A stretch of DNA of 64,000 nt, taken from NCBI RefSeq assembly GCF_009914755.1, contig NC_060944.1; one strand, 5' to 3'. The stretch's first letter is position 1, and the number at the start of each line of letters is the position of its first letter. The position numbers and the translations under genes are program-made. This DNA comes from the human T2T-CHM13v2.0 reference genome, Homo sapiens. Of this stretch, positions 16,690 through 31,555 are shown in pieces. The notes under the pieces are model-generated. The model ran no database searches. It saw only the letters and a program-made list of their open reading frames with translations, and was not told the origin of the DNA.

Positions 16690-16844
16690 GGCCGGGCACA
16701 CTGGCTCACGCCTGTAATCCTATGACTTTGGGAGGCCAAGGCAGGCAGATCATTTGAGGTTAGGAGTTTGAGACCAGCTTGGCCAACATGGTGAAACCCC
16801 GTCTCTACTAAAAATAAAAAATAATAACAAATAAAATTAAAAAA
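16690..16844 (+). mobile_element. Alu left monomer (AluS-like) with full TSD
   Basis: Left arm plus A-rich tail between two copies of taaaaccatggaggcc (16673-16688 and 16845-16860). Confidence 0.92.
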
Positions 16845-17007
16845 TAAAACCATGGAGGCCAGAAGGAAGTGGCACAACATTTTTATGGTTAAAGGAAGTT
16901 TTTCAAACAGAAAGGAAATGATTAAAAGAATTCTGAAGCATCAAAAGGGAACAGAAAACAACAGAAAAGGCAGAAATATGGGGAGATATATATATATAGA
17001 TTATCCT

Positions 17008-17120
17008 CCTGTAGTCCCAGCTATTTGGGAGGCTAAAGCAGGAATATTGCTTGAGTCTAGAAGTTCACTTCTACCCTGGGCAACATAGCAAGACTCTGTG
17101 TCTTAAAAAAATTAAAAATT
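17008..17120 (+). mobile_element. Alu monomer fragment (FLAM_A-like)
   Basis: cctgtagtcccagctatttgggagg...ctgggcaacatagcaagac. Confidence 0.75.
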
Positions 17121-19339
17121 AAAAGGGGGAAGGTAAAGGGACCTGAATGGAAATCAGGTTTCCACATTTCACTCAAAGTGGTAAAATACTGATCATAGTA
17201 GACTACAGTAAGTCACATAGGTATACTGTAATACTCAGAGCAACTGCTAAGAAAATAATACAAAGAAATACACTAAAAAAACTATTAGAAAGTCAAGATA
17301 AAAACCTCTCAAAATGTTCAAGTAACCCAGAGAAAGACAAGAAAAGAAACAGTAAATAATAAATGGCAGATTAAAGCTCTAATATGTCAATAATTAGCTT
17401 AAAGATAAATGATCTAAATACACCAACTAAAAGGCAAAGACTGGCAGAGTAGAATAAAAATACAACCCAACTATATGCTGTTCACAAAAACTCACTTCAA
17501 ATTCAACAAAATAGTTAAGCTAAAAGTAGAGTACTGTCTATAGAATAGATAGAATAGCAATGCTTATTTTACATTATGCTTATCATTTTTGATACAGAAA
17601 AATATTTGGATAAGACATGATAAATAAATACATAAATATCCTAAAAGTGAGATACAAAATATATATATATATATAACATGGCTTTACACTGTATGTAAGC
17701 AATTTCTAAATTAATACCTAAAAGGAATGATATCAAGATATCACTAAGGGAATCTCAATTATCTTCATTATTCTTTCCTATGTTTTTCAGATTATCTACA
17801 ATAAGAAAGAATGGCTTTTATAACTTAAAAAATGTTGTTTTTTCCAAATAAAGCAGTCTATTCAAGATAACTGTATTGCTGCCTAGGGAGGAGGAAATAG
17901 TCTTTATCATTGCTAGCCACCATTAATGTGGATCTTTCTACTGGTGAGTTGGCTGTCTATACCTGCCTTACCCTCCAAAAGACCAGAGGCACAGGGCAGA
18001 AGGCCTGAAAGACCAGGAAATGTCCTCTTTTCAGACTTTGGGTATGGGATCCAGGGAGGAGGGGCTGGGAGTGGGAAATGAGAAGTTAGGGAGCAGAGGG
18101 ATAGGGGACAGGGGCTAGAGAGAAGACAGTACAGACAGTAGAGCAGGACTACTGGATGCCTGCCTCACTTCTAGTGGTTTCCAGAGTCATTGCTCTAGGT
18201 CTTCTTAGGCCTCGCCACTGAGCTAGTTCCTGTGTTTTCTTAATCCATCACCTGAGACCATGTGAGTACGTCTTAGTCCCCTATGGCCCAACAGAGCCAA
18301 ACCCAGGTGTCATCCCGCGATGCTGGTGGCCACAGCCCAGAAGAGGAAAGTCTTCATTTTATACTGCCAAGTAAGTCTAACTGTAACATGCCCATCTTAT
18401 TTTTCAGTTTCTCTCTAACTTTATCCAGGAGTCTTGTGACAGCCTTCCTACCATATAACATGCCCAATCCCTTTTCTGGCATTTTAAGTAAGAAATTCTA
18501 AAGTAATCTTCAGTTCTTCCTCACCCATTACTTATATATACAATATATTATTATAAAGGAGACAACACAGAATATAGAAGGCAGATTTCTAAGGTCCCCT
18601 ATTAGAGGTTTATAATTCTTTTATAAAATGTTATCTTTTCTCTTCCTCAACACAACAAACGAACCCCATTAAAGTCAAAACTGAAAACTCTGGCCAGGAG
18701 TCTGTTATATGTAAGATGCCTCCTTGTTGATGTTGCTATAGTCCTAATTAACAGTCGACAGGACATTTCAAGACTTCTCACTCTTATCACCAGTCCTGGA
18801 AAAGTTGTCTTTTTCTATAACTGAGGACATGGAATCCCATCTCTAGGGCCACACAGGATAAACCAAAGCCAACCTTGACCTTAAGGAAATTTGTAAGGAC
18901 TGCAGGACTATTTTAGTGCCCCCACCCTTGCCATCTCTCATGGTCAAAGTACCAACAAGAAGAGGAAACACAATTTTGCAAATACTTTAGCGTATATTAT
19001 TTGAGACCACATTCACAGTTAAAATAAGCTTTTATTTTACCTGTTGTCTTGGTTTTTGGGACTACAGTAAAAAAAAAAAAAAAGTATGGACTTGGAGTAA
19101 AAGTGTCCCTATTACTTATTAGCTGCATAGCTTTGTAGCCTCTTTGTCTATAAAATGGAAATAATTATGTATATCTTTTGTGAGGACTGAATAATGTATC
19201 ACTTATAAAAGTTCCAGGTGGTCTCCTGGTTCCATTTAATATTCCTACCTTGGTTTCTTTTTTCCATCTACTTCTCATTTATGTTTTCTTCTTGTATTTT
19301 ATGGACCAGAGTGAGTCACTTTAAATTCTGGTAGAACAG

Positions 19340-19795
19340 GATGCCATATGAATATACAATATAAAAATAGTAGATATTCCTCTGGGGAGTAGGGGTGGGC
19401 ACTGACTGGGAAGGGACATGAGGAAACTTTCTGGGTAATGATAATATCCTTCTAGGTGTCTGGGTTTTATAGGTGTATCCATTTGTCAAAACCAGGTCCA
19501 TATACAGTTAAGATTTAACTACAATAAAATGCACACATCTTACTTCCAAAGAAAAAACCTATAAACAAATAATTACCTCTACTTAGCTATAAAACATGCT
19601 GAAATAGTGAGGGGGGAATGCATCGAAAATACTATGACAGATGACTAGATAGAGGGAAAGCAAAATCAGTAAAATACTGATGGCTGAAAACTGGTAGTGG
19701 GTATATGGTTGTTCATGGTAATAATCTTTCAATTTTGCAGTATGTTTGAAATTTTTCATAATAAAATGTTGGAAAAAAATTCCTACCAAAAAAAA
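19340..19795 (+). mobile_element. L1ME-type 3' end
   Basis: gactgggaagggacatgaggaaactttctggg, catttgtcaaaac, gtttgaaatttttcataataaaa. Confidence 0.75.
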
Positions 19796-19824
19796 TGGAA
19801 GGTACTCAATACTTGTTAGTTCTC

Positions 19825-20014
19825 AGCCAGGCGCAATGGCTCATGCCTGTAATCCCAGCACTTTGGGAGGCTAAGGCAGAAGGATTGCTTGAGCCCAGGA
19901 ATGTGAGACCAGCCTGGGCAACATCGCAAGACCCTGTCTCTACTGGAAGGAGGGAAGGAAGAAAGGAAGAAAACTTTAATGCCATGAGGGGGACACTGCA
20001 AAAATAAAAATAAA
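19825..20014 (+). mobile_element. FLAM_C with a non-Alu 3' extension inside the TSD
   Basis: Monomer 19825-19944, unique segment 19945-19999, A-rich tail; TSD aatacttgttagttc at 19808-19822 and 20015-20029. Confidence 0.85.
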
Positions 20015-20114
20015 AATACTTGTTAGTTCCCTTCTCAAATCCTATCCCTATTGTTATTCATCTATTTGCTTATTCACCCATCAACACGTACTAGGCACAC
20101 ACTCTAGCATTGCC

Positions 20115-20595
20115 TGGTACAAGTTGCTTAACCCCAGCTCCTCTGCATCTCAGTTTCCTCATCTATGGAATAATAATTACAAGTGCCTCACAGGATTTTT
20201 GTGAGGATTCAGTGAGATAATAAACATGTAGCACTTAGCTCAGTGCCTGCCACACAGTTGGTGTTTGAGAAGTGCTAGCTGTTATTATGTCATTATAGCA
20301 TACAATAAGGAGCATGGGCATCACAGCAGATTATTCCAGTATCAAGTAATGACTAGAAGCCCTGACTCCTGACTGCTTGGCTTCAAATGCCAACTCTACC
20401 ACTTATTACCTTTGTAGCTTTGGGCAAAATTCTTAAGCTGTGTCTCAGTTTCCTCATCTGTAAAATAGGAATAATACATGTCACTCTCATAGGGTTATGA
20501 CAAATGCAATTATATTGCTTATATTATTTTGCTATATATGCATATATGGCTTAGCCAGTAGCTGAAACAGTGTAAACACTCAATTGATGTTAGCG
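20115..20595 (+). mobile_element. Two adjacent MIRs
   Basis: Core ctcagtttcctcatct occurs twice (~20150 and ~20445). Confidence 0.8.
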
Positions 20596-20973
20596 AATTC
20601 ACTATGCTGGATACTCAGAGGACATAATGATGAATGCCTAAGTCCCTGACCCCTCAAGGAGTTGATAACGCAGGAGACAAGAAAGCAACGTCAACAGAGG
20701 GATCACAAAGCAGCCTATAATGAATGTGTGCTACAGGAAAGGTACTACAATGGGCATGCGATACCCGAGGGAGACTGATAATAGTGAGGAAGACCAAAGA
20801 AGACTTCAAGGGGAGAGTGGCATTGATGAACTGGGACTTGAAGTCAGAAAAGGGGAAGAAAAAGCGTGTTAAAGGACATGGTATAGCCACCCTACTAGAG
20901 TTTAATAAAAGGTAGGTCAGGGTGGTTTGGAAGATTCATGCCTGGAAAGGTCAAAAGGATTTTGAAAAAATGA

Positions 20974-21271
<298 letters not shown>

Positions 21272-22039
21272 AAAGGATCAACTATTCTTACACTCCACCA
21301 GGTTCGTAGAGCTAAGTCTTACAAATTAATTATATCAACCAGTAACTTTTCCTTGATTTTTCTAAGAAATAAATACTACTCATCATTTATCCACTGCACT
21401 CTTTATATAGAGAAACAAAGAATTCATAACCATAACCATTTTACCAACAAGGACATATCTACTAAATAATACGTCCCAGAGCCTCTAGAGGAAGGGCCAG
21501 GGAAGAGGCTACTAACACTGTGGTAGAATCGAGTGAGTTAGTGCCACTCTAGTTGTTTCACTACTTTGAGGTTACAACTTGGAATCTGACTCAAGAATTT
21601 AAATTCAGGAAGGGAGAGGTGTCCATGCAGCAGAGAAGAGTTGGCTCCCTTTGGCCACTGCCAGCTGGCCATGCTGGGCCTCAGAGATTACTATGCCTTG
21701 GTAAACACATTTCTGATTTCTGTAGGCACTGAGCAAACTCACTAAGCCTTACCAAAGTGTTTTCAACATCACAGCCTGAAAGAAGTGGCTAGGACAGGGG
21801 CAGGTTTTGTGATTAAAGGCACCAAATGCTACTTCAAAATTATGTAAATTAAATATATAAAGTATTAATGAAAACATTTTTCAACACTGTTGGAAATTAA
21901 AATAGTAACAATTTATTTTTACATTTAACTTCAAGGGAAAAATAAAATGCAAACTTATTTTGGTGTAAACCAAGCCTTTTTAGCAGAGGCACCTTTGAGT
22001 GAGGTAGGTGTGCTGGCTGATTTAGGCTCGGAGGAACAA

Positions 22040-22150
22040 TCTCCTTGTCTGTGAGCTCCATGAGGACAGGGACCATGACTGTCTTGCTTACTGCTATGTT
22101 TTTAGGGTGTAATACAGTGCCTGGCATATAACTGTTGCTGAGAAATACCC
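22040..22150 (+). mobile_element. L2 3' end
   Basis: tgtgagctccatgaggacagggacc...acagtgcctggcata. Confidence 0.75.
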
Positions 22151-22652
22151 ACTGACAGAATAAGACTAGTCTCCAGCTTTGTAAATTGAGAATTTTTTTT
22201 ATATTCATTAAGAGACTATTCAGTTCTTAATTAGGTGAGGGTAGAACTGACTTAATACCAACTAAACTCGATGGAGACAAATTAGATTTTTTCCCCTCAT
22301 TTTTAGAAGGGGTATAGCTTTCTAGGAGCCTCACTATTCCCGTAATTTACCCAGAGCTGTCCTTTCTTAATATCAAAGCATCTAGGAAACAGAATCACTA
22401 ATCAGGTTGCTGCATAAGGAACAAATTTAGAGCCCCTTCGGGGGTTTTCAACCTGTGTATCTAGCATGCCCAGCCTTGCAGCAATCAGAATGTCTGCCCC
22501 AGGCCAATATGGCATTTCCCTTCACGGACAGAGCCAGGTGTACTCAGAGTCCCACACTCCAACTCCTCCTAGACTCCATGCAGACTTCCCGTCTGCTGTC
22601 CCTTTGCACCATTCTTCATCTAAACATGTTATAAAACCCTTAGCTTTTGCCA

Positions 22653-22850
22653 TTTTTAAAATAGATTTAGGTAGTGGTGAATCTGGACTTTTAGCGTCCA
22701 CATCATCTAAATAGTGTACATTGTACCCAATAGGTAGTATTTCATCCCTCAGCCCCCTCCCACCTTTTGGAGCCTCCAATGCCTATTACTCCACTCTATA
22801 TGTCCATCTGTACCCATTGTTTAGCTCCCACTTATAAGTGAGAACATGCA
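22653..22850 (-). mobile_element. Short L1PB-type 3' end
   Basis: gtacattgtacccaataggt...ttagctcccacttataagtgagaacatgc; degenerate TSD taaa(a)cc..tagctttt. Confidence 0.8.
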
Positions 22851-23333
22851 TAAACCTCTAGCTTTTAAGATTTTTCTGTGTATAGTGCTTCAGGTTGGCT
22901 GCTTCCTAATGACAAAGGAAGGACCTTCAACTACAAATGCCTCCAGAAGATTGTGTGGTCACCTTCACATGGATGTGCACCAATTTTCAGGCCATCTTGG
23001 CCTCAGCAGCAAACACTGAGGCAACATCTTCAGAGAACTTAAGGCTACTAAGTGGTATCTTGGGACCTGTGATTCTCTATAAAGCTGGTTTGGAATTTCT
23101 TTTTTCCAGTAAGTGCAGTATCTTGCATTGACTAATTTTCTGCTATCATAGCCTCATAAAATGTTCATGAAAATCTCTCATCGTAGCTTTCCACTACTGT
23201 ACCCTTTAAAAAGGTCTAGGAAATTAAACATATTGGAAAATGAGCCTATAGGCAGCACTGTGGACAGTCATCATTCATATTTTACCCACTTATAGAAGGG
23301 GATTTAACCCTAAGCTTTCTTTCATATTCTTAA

Positions 23334-23733
<400 letters not shown>

Positions 23734-23734
23734 C

Positions 23735-24022
<288 letters not shown>

Positions 24023-24039
24023 AAGATTTCTTTTAAAAA

Positions 24040-24655
24040 ATCATTTTGAGCTAATTTTAGAGTTACAGAAAAGTTGCAAAAATCGTACAGAGTTTCCATA
24101 TATCCTGGCCCCAGCTTCCCCAGTGTTAGCATCTTACATAACCATTGTATATTTACCAGAACCAGAACTTTAATATTAATACTATTAACTAAACCAAAGA
24201 CCTTATTCAAGTCGTACCGGTTTTTTCTACCGATGTCCCTTTACTGTTCCAGAATCCTATTCAGAATCCCCGCTGTATTTAGTTGTTATTTATCCTTAGT
24301 CTCCTGCAGCCTGTGACAGTTCCTTGTTCTTTCCTTATCATTCACGTTCTTGACAACTTTTAAGAGTATTAAACAGTTATTTTGTTGACTGTCCCTTGAT
24401 TCGGGTTTGCCTGATGTTTTCTCATGATTACTCTGAGGTTATGCATTCTTGGCAAAAATACCACAGAAATGATGTTGTGTTCTTAATACATCATATCATG
24501 GGGCTCATGATGTTGATATGTCTTATTGCTGGTGGTGTTGGTCTTGACCTCTTGGTTAAGGTGGTTTCTGCTGGGTTTTTCCACTACCAATTTATGACCT
24601 CTTTCTTTATAGTTAATTAACACGTTGAGGTAGTTTGAGATGATGCAAATTCTTT
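24040..24655 (-). mobile_element. L1MC4/5-like 3' end
   Basis: taattttagagttacagaaaagttgcaaaa, catcttacataaccat, tggcaaaaataccacagaa. Confidence 0.75.
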
Positions 24656-25029
24656 CAAAGCTTTCCTGAAGGACTACTGGCTCCCTCATTCACAAACCTG
24701 CTCACTCTGCTTAAAATTTCCAAGAGATTAGTTGATATGATTTCCCCTAACTATTTCTGCCACACAAGCAACTCTGATTACTTTTGTTTGTTCAGTGAAT
24801 TTTACTTTTCTTCTGCTTATTAAAAAAAAAACCACATTTTCATTGTTTAAAAAAATATAATTGTGGAGCTCTCATAACCCCACCTTCAGAGATTAGCACT
24901 ATAGATAATTTGATGTATATTCCATATGAACCTTTTTTCCTCTTTTAATACCAATGGAGTCAGATACCATGAGCTTAAATCACAGTTCCACCATGGACTT
25001 TGGGCAAGTTGCCTAATTTTGTGTGCAGG

Positions 25030-25170
25030 TAATTCTTTCTTTTTGGGAGGCCAAAGACTTCTTTGTAAATCTGATCTATAGACTCTCATTCTCAGAAAAT
25101 GCACAATATATTGTACACACGACATTTTGCATACAACTATAGGGACTCACAGACTAGGTTAAGAACCCCT
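25030..25170. mobile_element. Old hAT-Charlie MITE remnant
   Basis: cagaaaatgcac...ttttgcatacaa...aggttaagaaccc terminus. Confidence 0.5.
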
Positions 25171-25179
25171 ATTCTATTT

Positions 25180-26200
25180 ATCACCTTTGATCCACAATTC
25201 TGTTTCTGGTAATCTAGCCTATAAAATACTTGCACATACAAACATGTACCAAAAACATTTCATGTAGTGCTAGTAAAAAATTGGGAATAATTTAAACATC
25301 CACCAACAGGGAACTGGCTAAATTATGATGACTCCACACTATGGAATACCCTACAAAGAATGAAGTAGATACATGTGAATGGACATAGAAAGACTCCCAT
25401 GATATACTATTAAATGAAAACATTTCAGGACTTTGCATGACTCCATTTTTGGTAAGATGAAGGGAGAGAGGGATGGAGAGGGAGGGAGAAAGAAGAGAAA
25501 AAGAAAAGAATTAGGGAGGGCATGAAACCTATATATATGTAAATGCATAGAAAAAAATCTGGAAAGTTTCACAATAAACCCAACATCAATGACTCTGGGA
25601 GAATAGGATTATCGGGTGAATTTTATTATTTATTTAGTCTGTAACTATTATATTATTTGAACTTTTTACAAAGAGTACAACTTTAAAAACCCCAATAAGA
25701 TTTTTAAAACCCTCTTCATAGGCAACAACTCTGAATGAATATAGATTTTAAAATGTTTAATGACTGGCAGAAATAATTTAATGATAAAAGAATAACCAAA
25801 CTGATAAGAATTTTGCCCAGAATGGAATGATAGTTCAAGATACACATGACACAAAATCAAAGAGTTAAATGAGAAAAACCTAATGAAACTCTCCATGGAT
25901 ACAATAATGTAATTTGCTAATATTCATTTCTAATAAAAATACTAAGAACAAAAGGCATATAGGTAAAGAAAGATGATATAAAACATCTCTCTAAGCCAAA
26001 TGTGAAAAAAAAAAAAGGCAATAAAAGACAGGCCACTTTTACCATCTTAAATAGTTTTGAAGTTCTGGCCAATGCAGCAAGACAGCTGAAATAAGGTAGG
26101 CATATATATTGCATAGGAAGTTAAATATGTTATCTACAGATGAGATGATTGGACAACTACAAGAGCAAAAATAGAAATTTTTGGAAGAGCTTTTTGTAAG
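25180..26200 (+). mobile_element. Old L1 (L1ME-type) 3' and ORF2 remnants
   Basis: cctttgatccacaattc, cacactatggaatac, gaagttctggccaatgcagcaagaca. Confidence 0.6.
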
Positions 26201-26539
26201 GTAGAAATAAAACTTTTACAAACTGTTTTTAAGAGACATCACTTGAACAATGCCATGGGGTAGATGAGGTCACATAGTGGACACTTGAACTCCAGATGTC
26301 ACTTCTGGACCAAGGTTAAAATTGTTCTTTGTTGAACTCCTTAAAAACTTGAGGGAATACAACCCAATTCCCAAGATTTGCCTACTTCTAGTTCATCAAG
26401 TAAGGCTCCAACAGCCTGAAATCTATCACTATTTGTGTGGTCCAAATGACAATGAGGAAGAGGTTATCTCTCGCACCATTTTTCCCTAGAACAGTAACAA
26501 CAATGGCAACACAAGCAACTAACAATGGTGGAACACACA

Positions 26540-26760
26540 CTGGACACCTTTCTTTCTAAGCACTACAAGTGGTAGTTCATTTAACCTTCACAACAACCCT
26601 TGGTAGTAGATTCTAATTTTGCCTCCAGTTTACAGATGAGAAAATTGAGGCACAAAAGAAGCTAATAACTTGCCCAAGGTTACTCAGCTAGTAGCTGGTA
26701 GAGCCAGGAGTTAAACTCAGGCAGTCTGGTTCCGGGCCCATGCTCTTAGCACTACACAAT
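26540..26760 (-). mobile_element. MIR
   Basis: cttcacaacaaccct, tttacagatgagaaaattgaggcaca, aacttgcccaaggttac. Confidence 0.88.
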
Positions 26761-27579
26761 CCTGTTGCCTAAGAATGCACAGGCAAATTGTCATCTACAG
26801 GAAAGATACAATCTATGAATTAGAGTTCTGGAGGAAACTGAATTGAACAAAAGATTCAAATGACAGAAGGAAACTACTTTCAGCATGGAAAGACCTGAAA
26901 GAAGAAACAAGAAGGCACTCCCAGGGTCTCACACATCATTAGCAAAGAGGATCCCTGGGACATGACCTGGAAACATCTGAAAACAATGTGAGAAGGAAGA
27001 GAGAAAAAAACCTCCAAGTAAACAAGTTAACAAATAGATTACATGAAGGGGAATCTAGTAGAGTTATTTTTTATTTTTTTAAATAACAGAAGTCTAGAAA
27101 TGAGACAATCTAAGATATAAAACCTCAAAGAAGCTCAGCAAATCAGAATACCTCAAGCTGTCATCTGTAAACAAACAAAAATGATGCCACCCCCAGACCA
27201 AGTGGCCTCATCATTCATCTACCAAACTGTTTCCTAGAGTGGTAGTCAAACTGCATTTCCTTGCCTCCTGACTCCAGAGGGAGCTGACTTAGGTTGTGTG
27301 GGAACTGAGCATGCTGGCATTGCTGGCCACTGCCCCTGAAGGAAAACACCTCTTCCACACCACTTTTCTGTATCTCCTCTACTTCTTTCTCTAGCATGGA
27401 TGTGGCATTTGGGCCTGTTGTGAAGACTAAGCCAGCCATCTGAAAAAGCTCTAGCCACCCCACGCTGGACATGTATTACAGTGCTCAATATGTTCAATTT
27501 CCTGAACATAAAGACTGATCTTTGCCAACAGCCAATTCTAAGGCCTTTTAATTTCTGTACATGCTGTACTTGAGGGATT

Positions 27580-28570
27580 TTATCTCTCTTCTTATGGCTT
27601 TGATATCCTCCTTGGTACAAGTGAGTCTCACACCTTTATCTCCAGCCCCAACATCTCATCTGAGTTTCTGATCAATATTTCCAACTGCTCCTAGATATGT
27701 TTTCCTAGACATTCAACAAGTCCTAAAATAAACTTTCCCCTGCTTCTCTGCAAATTAGTCTCTGCACCCAATCCACACCCTTTATGCCACTCCCCAAGTT
27801 GGTCAGTAGTTCCACCATCTATCACCACCTTCCCTAAAACTAACAAACAAAAACTCCTCTGAGGCATGCCCTAATTCCCAATCTCCACCATGGCAGGCAT
27901 TGGTAATTTTAGATTCTGCCCTGAAATTCCTCATATCTCCTCTTCTCCATCATCACTGCTATCTCCTTGCTCAAGTTGTTCTCACCTCTTATCTGGACAA
28001 CTGCCACAGCTGCTTAACTGATTTCCCTCCCTGCAGGCTGTGCTTCACATGACAGCAAGAATTATCTTCCTAAAAAATGAACTAGAACATGGCACTCCCT
28101 TGCTTTAAACCCTCTGGTACAGACCACAGGATACAAACTGAAACTTGTCGCCCAACATTCAAGGTGCTTCAGAATCTGGCCCCAACATCCCTTGTCCAGC
28201 CTCATCTCCATCATCTCCAGCCACTATCCCAAGAACAGGGTGATGTACCTGTGCACCTTCAGACTTTTGCCCTCTCACTTTATCCTCTTTCTCACAAAGC
28301 CCTGCTGGTACATACAGTAACATTTAGCTCCCAGGGTGCCTGCACTGACTCACCAAACACCACTCCCTCTCTCTTTCTCTCTCTCTCTGTATCCAGTACA
28401 CCTGACACATCACATCTTTTGCCATTGTTGGCTGATTTGCACATCATGCCACCTCATCAACCTTGAAGGCAGGGACAGAATTGCCTTTACTTTTGTATCT
28501 CCTGCACCCAGCTCAGGATCTGTTGGCTCAGAGTGAGACCTCAGTGGTTGTTAACTAACTGAATCAAAAA
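27580..28570 (+). mobile_element. L2
   Basis: tccagcccc...atttccaactgc...ctggacaactgccacagc, with 3' end aggcagggac...tgtatctcctgcacccagc. Confidence 0.75.
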
Positions 28571-29194
28571 ATAGCAAAATACTTATGAGTACCAGGCTGA
28601 GGCTCAGAAGAATTAAGACACTTCACAGAACAAACATTAAGGGGTGAAAAAAAAATTGGAGAGATAGGGTAGATAAGGAATAGGAAGAGAAGATGCCAAA
28701 AAAGGGGCAAATTAAATTTCCTTATATGGAAGAAAAGGCAAGTTCTTGCTTTTGCTTTGATTTTAGTAAATAAATTCAGAAAAATATGTTTAGCACTAAG
28801 AGATTTGAAAGATTGTTCACCTTTAAAATTTGTTTAAAAGCTAAAGAAAGCAAAGAATGTTCTGTAATACAGAAGACATAATGGAGAAGAAACAACAAAT
28901 ACAAAAACAAAGAAACATACAATATACAGAAAACATAATACAATAGCAATAATAAATTAAAGAGTATAAATTCCCATATAAGATATAGAACCTTCAAAGA
29001 TAAGTTAAACAGACAAAATCCGACAACATTCTGTTTGCAAGATAGGCTATGAAATAACGATAATGAAGTTGGAAAATGTAACAAAATCATTACATAAGAA
29101 ATTATAGACCACGAAAAAAGAATAGAGAGCAGTATTGCTTTCTGTGCTACCGAAAAATAAAAATAAAAACTAAATACACAACTAATAATCTTGA

Positions 29195-29521
<327 letters not shown>

Positions 29522-29949
29522 GAGGATTTTTTTTTAAAAAAGAAATAAATTAGATATTTTGAAATTGAAAACCAAAAAACTTTTGAAGGATTCATAAGAA
29601 ACTGACAGGAGCTGCTGCCTAAGAGAGGGGAGCTATTTGGCCAAGGAATAACAATGAATGGGAAACTGACTTTTCACTACATCCTTTTGTATTTTTTAAA
29701 GTTTTATATTTCAACTAAAAGTTGCTGTGAATAGACTAAAATTGATACTACTGGCAAGTGCAAAAAAAGGAAACATAAAATTGGAAAAACAGGACACAAA
29801 AAGAAGCAATAAAATTGTAAGAGAATATGTGTGTTAATAAATTTGGATAAAACTAAATAGATGAGTTTTTAATCAAAAATGTAAAATTCTAACACTGGCA
29901 AAAATAAAATACCTAACCAGACCAACATCTTTTAAAAATCAAATAACTA

Positions 29950-30402
<453 letters not shown>

Positions 30403-31025
30403 TCAAATAATTATACCCCTAAAAAGTAGTCAATTCTTTCAGTCTCCAGGAACAAATGATTCATGTTATAGAAATCATGCCAAAAATGGATCAAGATATA
30501 GGTTATCTAATTATTCAACTAATCTGACCCTAAAACTGGCTAAAAGAAATGGAAAGAGAGAAAACTATACACAAAGCACACAAAGCTCACTCCGAACTTA
30601 CGCTCAAAAATTTAAAAGAATAGTAAATAGAACCTAGAAACAGATTTTTAAAATTTTTATTTGTGTCAACAGAAATAAAAACATTCATTTGTTAAAATCT
30701 AACACCTATTCTTAATTTTAAAATTCTAAAACTAATAATAAAGGTATATTTTCTTACCCTGATTGAGTACCTATTTATTGAACCAAATGTCAATTATACT
30801 TCAAGGGAAAAAACAAACTATGCAGTCATTAAAAATAAGCGCAAAATAAGCATTTTATCATCACTATTAACACAGTATCAGAAGTTCCTTCCAACAAAAA
30901 GCAACATAAAAATGAAGGAGAGACACAAATACAATAAAGGCAGATGTTATATATACTTTTTAAAAAATATAACACCATTGTAAACTTATAAAACCCAAAG
31001 GAATCACTGAAGTCATTACGATAAA

Positions 31026-31318
<293 letters not shown>

Positions 31319-31374
31319 GTTACGATAAATTTAAAGTGACCACAGTCATGATCAGTACAGAAAAACTTATAGTA

Positions 31375-31555
31375 TTCCTGGTCCTCAAGCTTGAGTGCAC
31401 ATGAAATTCATTGTGCAGCTTTTTAAATGTTGATGTCCACACCTCCCCCAAGACAAATTGTCTCAGAGTCTCTGAGGGTGAGACCAGGGATTAGAATTTT
31501 ATAAAGCTTCTGAGGTGATTTTAATGTGTAGCCAAGTAGAGATGCCCACTACTAT
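31375..31555. mobile_element. MER5-type hAT MITE
   Basis: gtcctcaagcttgagtgcacatgaaattca...aggtgattttaatgtgtagcc. Confidence 0.75.

Larger units (their letters stand above)
15530..17530 (+). mobile_element. Old L1 (L1M/L1MD-ME type) 5' region, ORF1 and ORF2-start remnants interrupted by Alu monomers
   Basis: ORF1-like aaagataatgactgaaaattccccaaatttg and acctagattcagaag; ORF2-start-like acccaactatatgctg. Confidence 0.7.

Noticed and set aside
27215-27620. Overlapping minus-strand ORFs of 85 and 124 aa
   Set aside because: No recognisable homology and no convincing flanking splice pair; a BLASTX/PhyloCSF check would be needed to overturn this.
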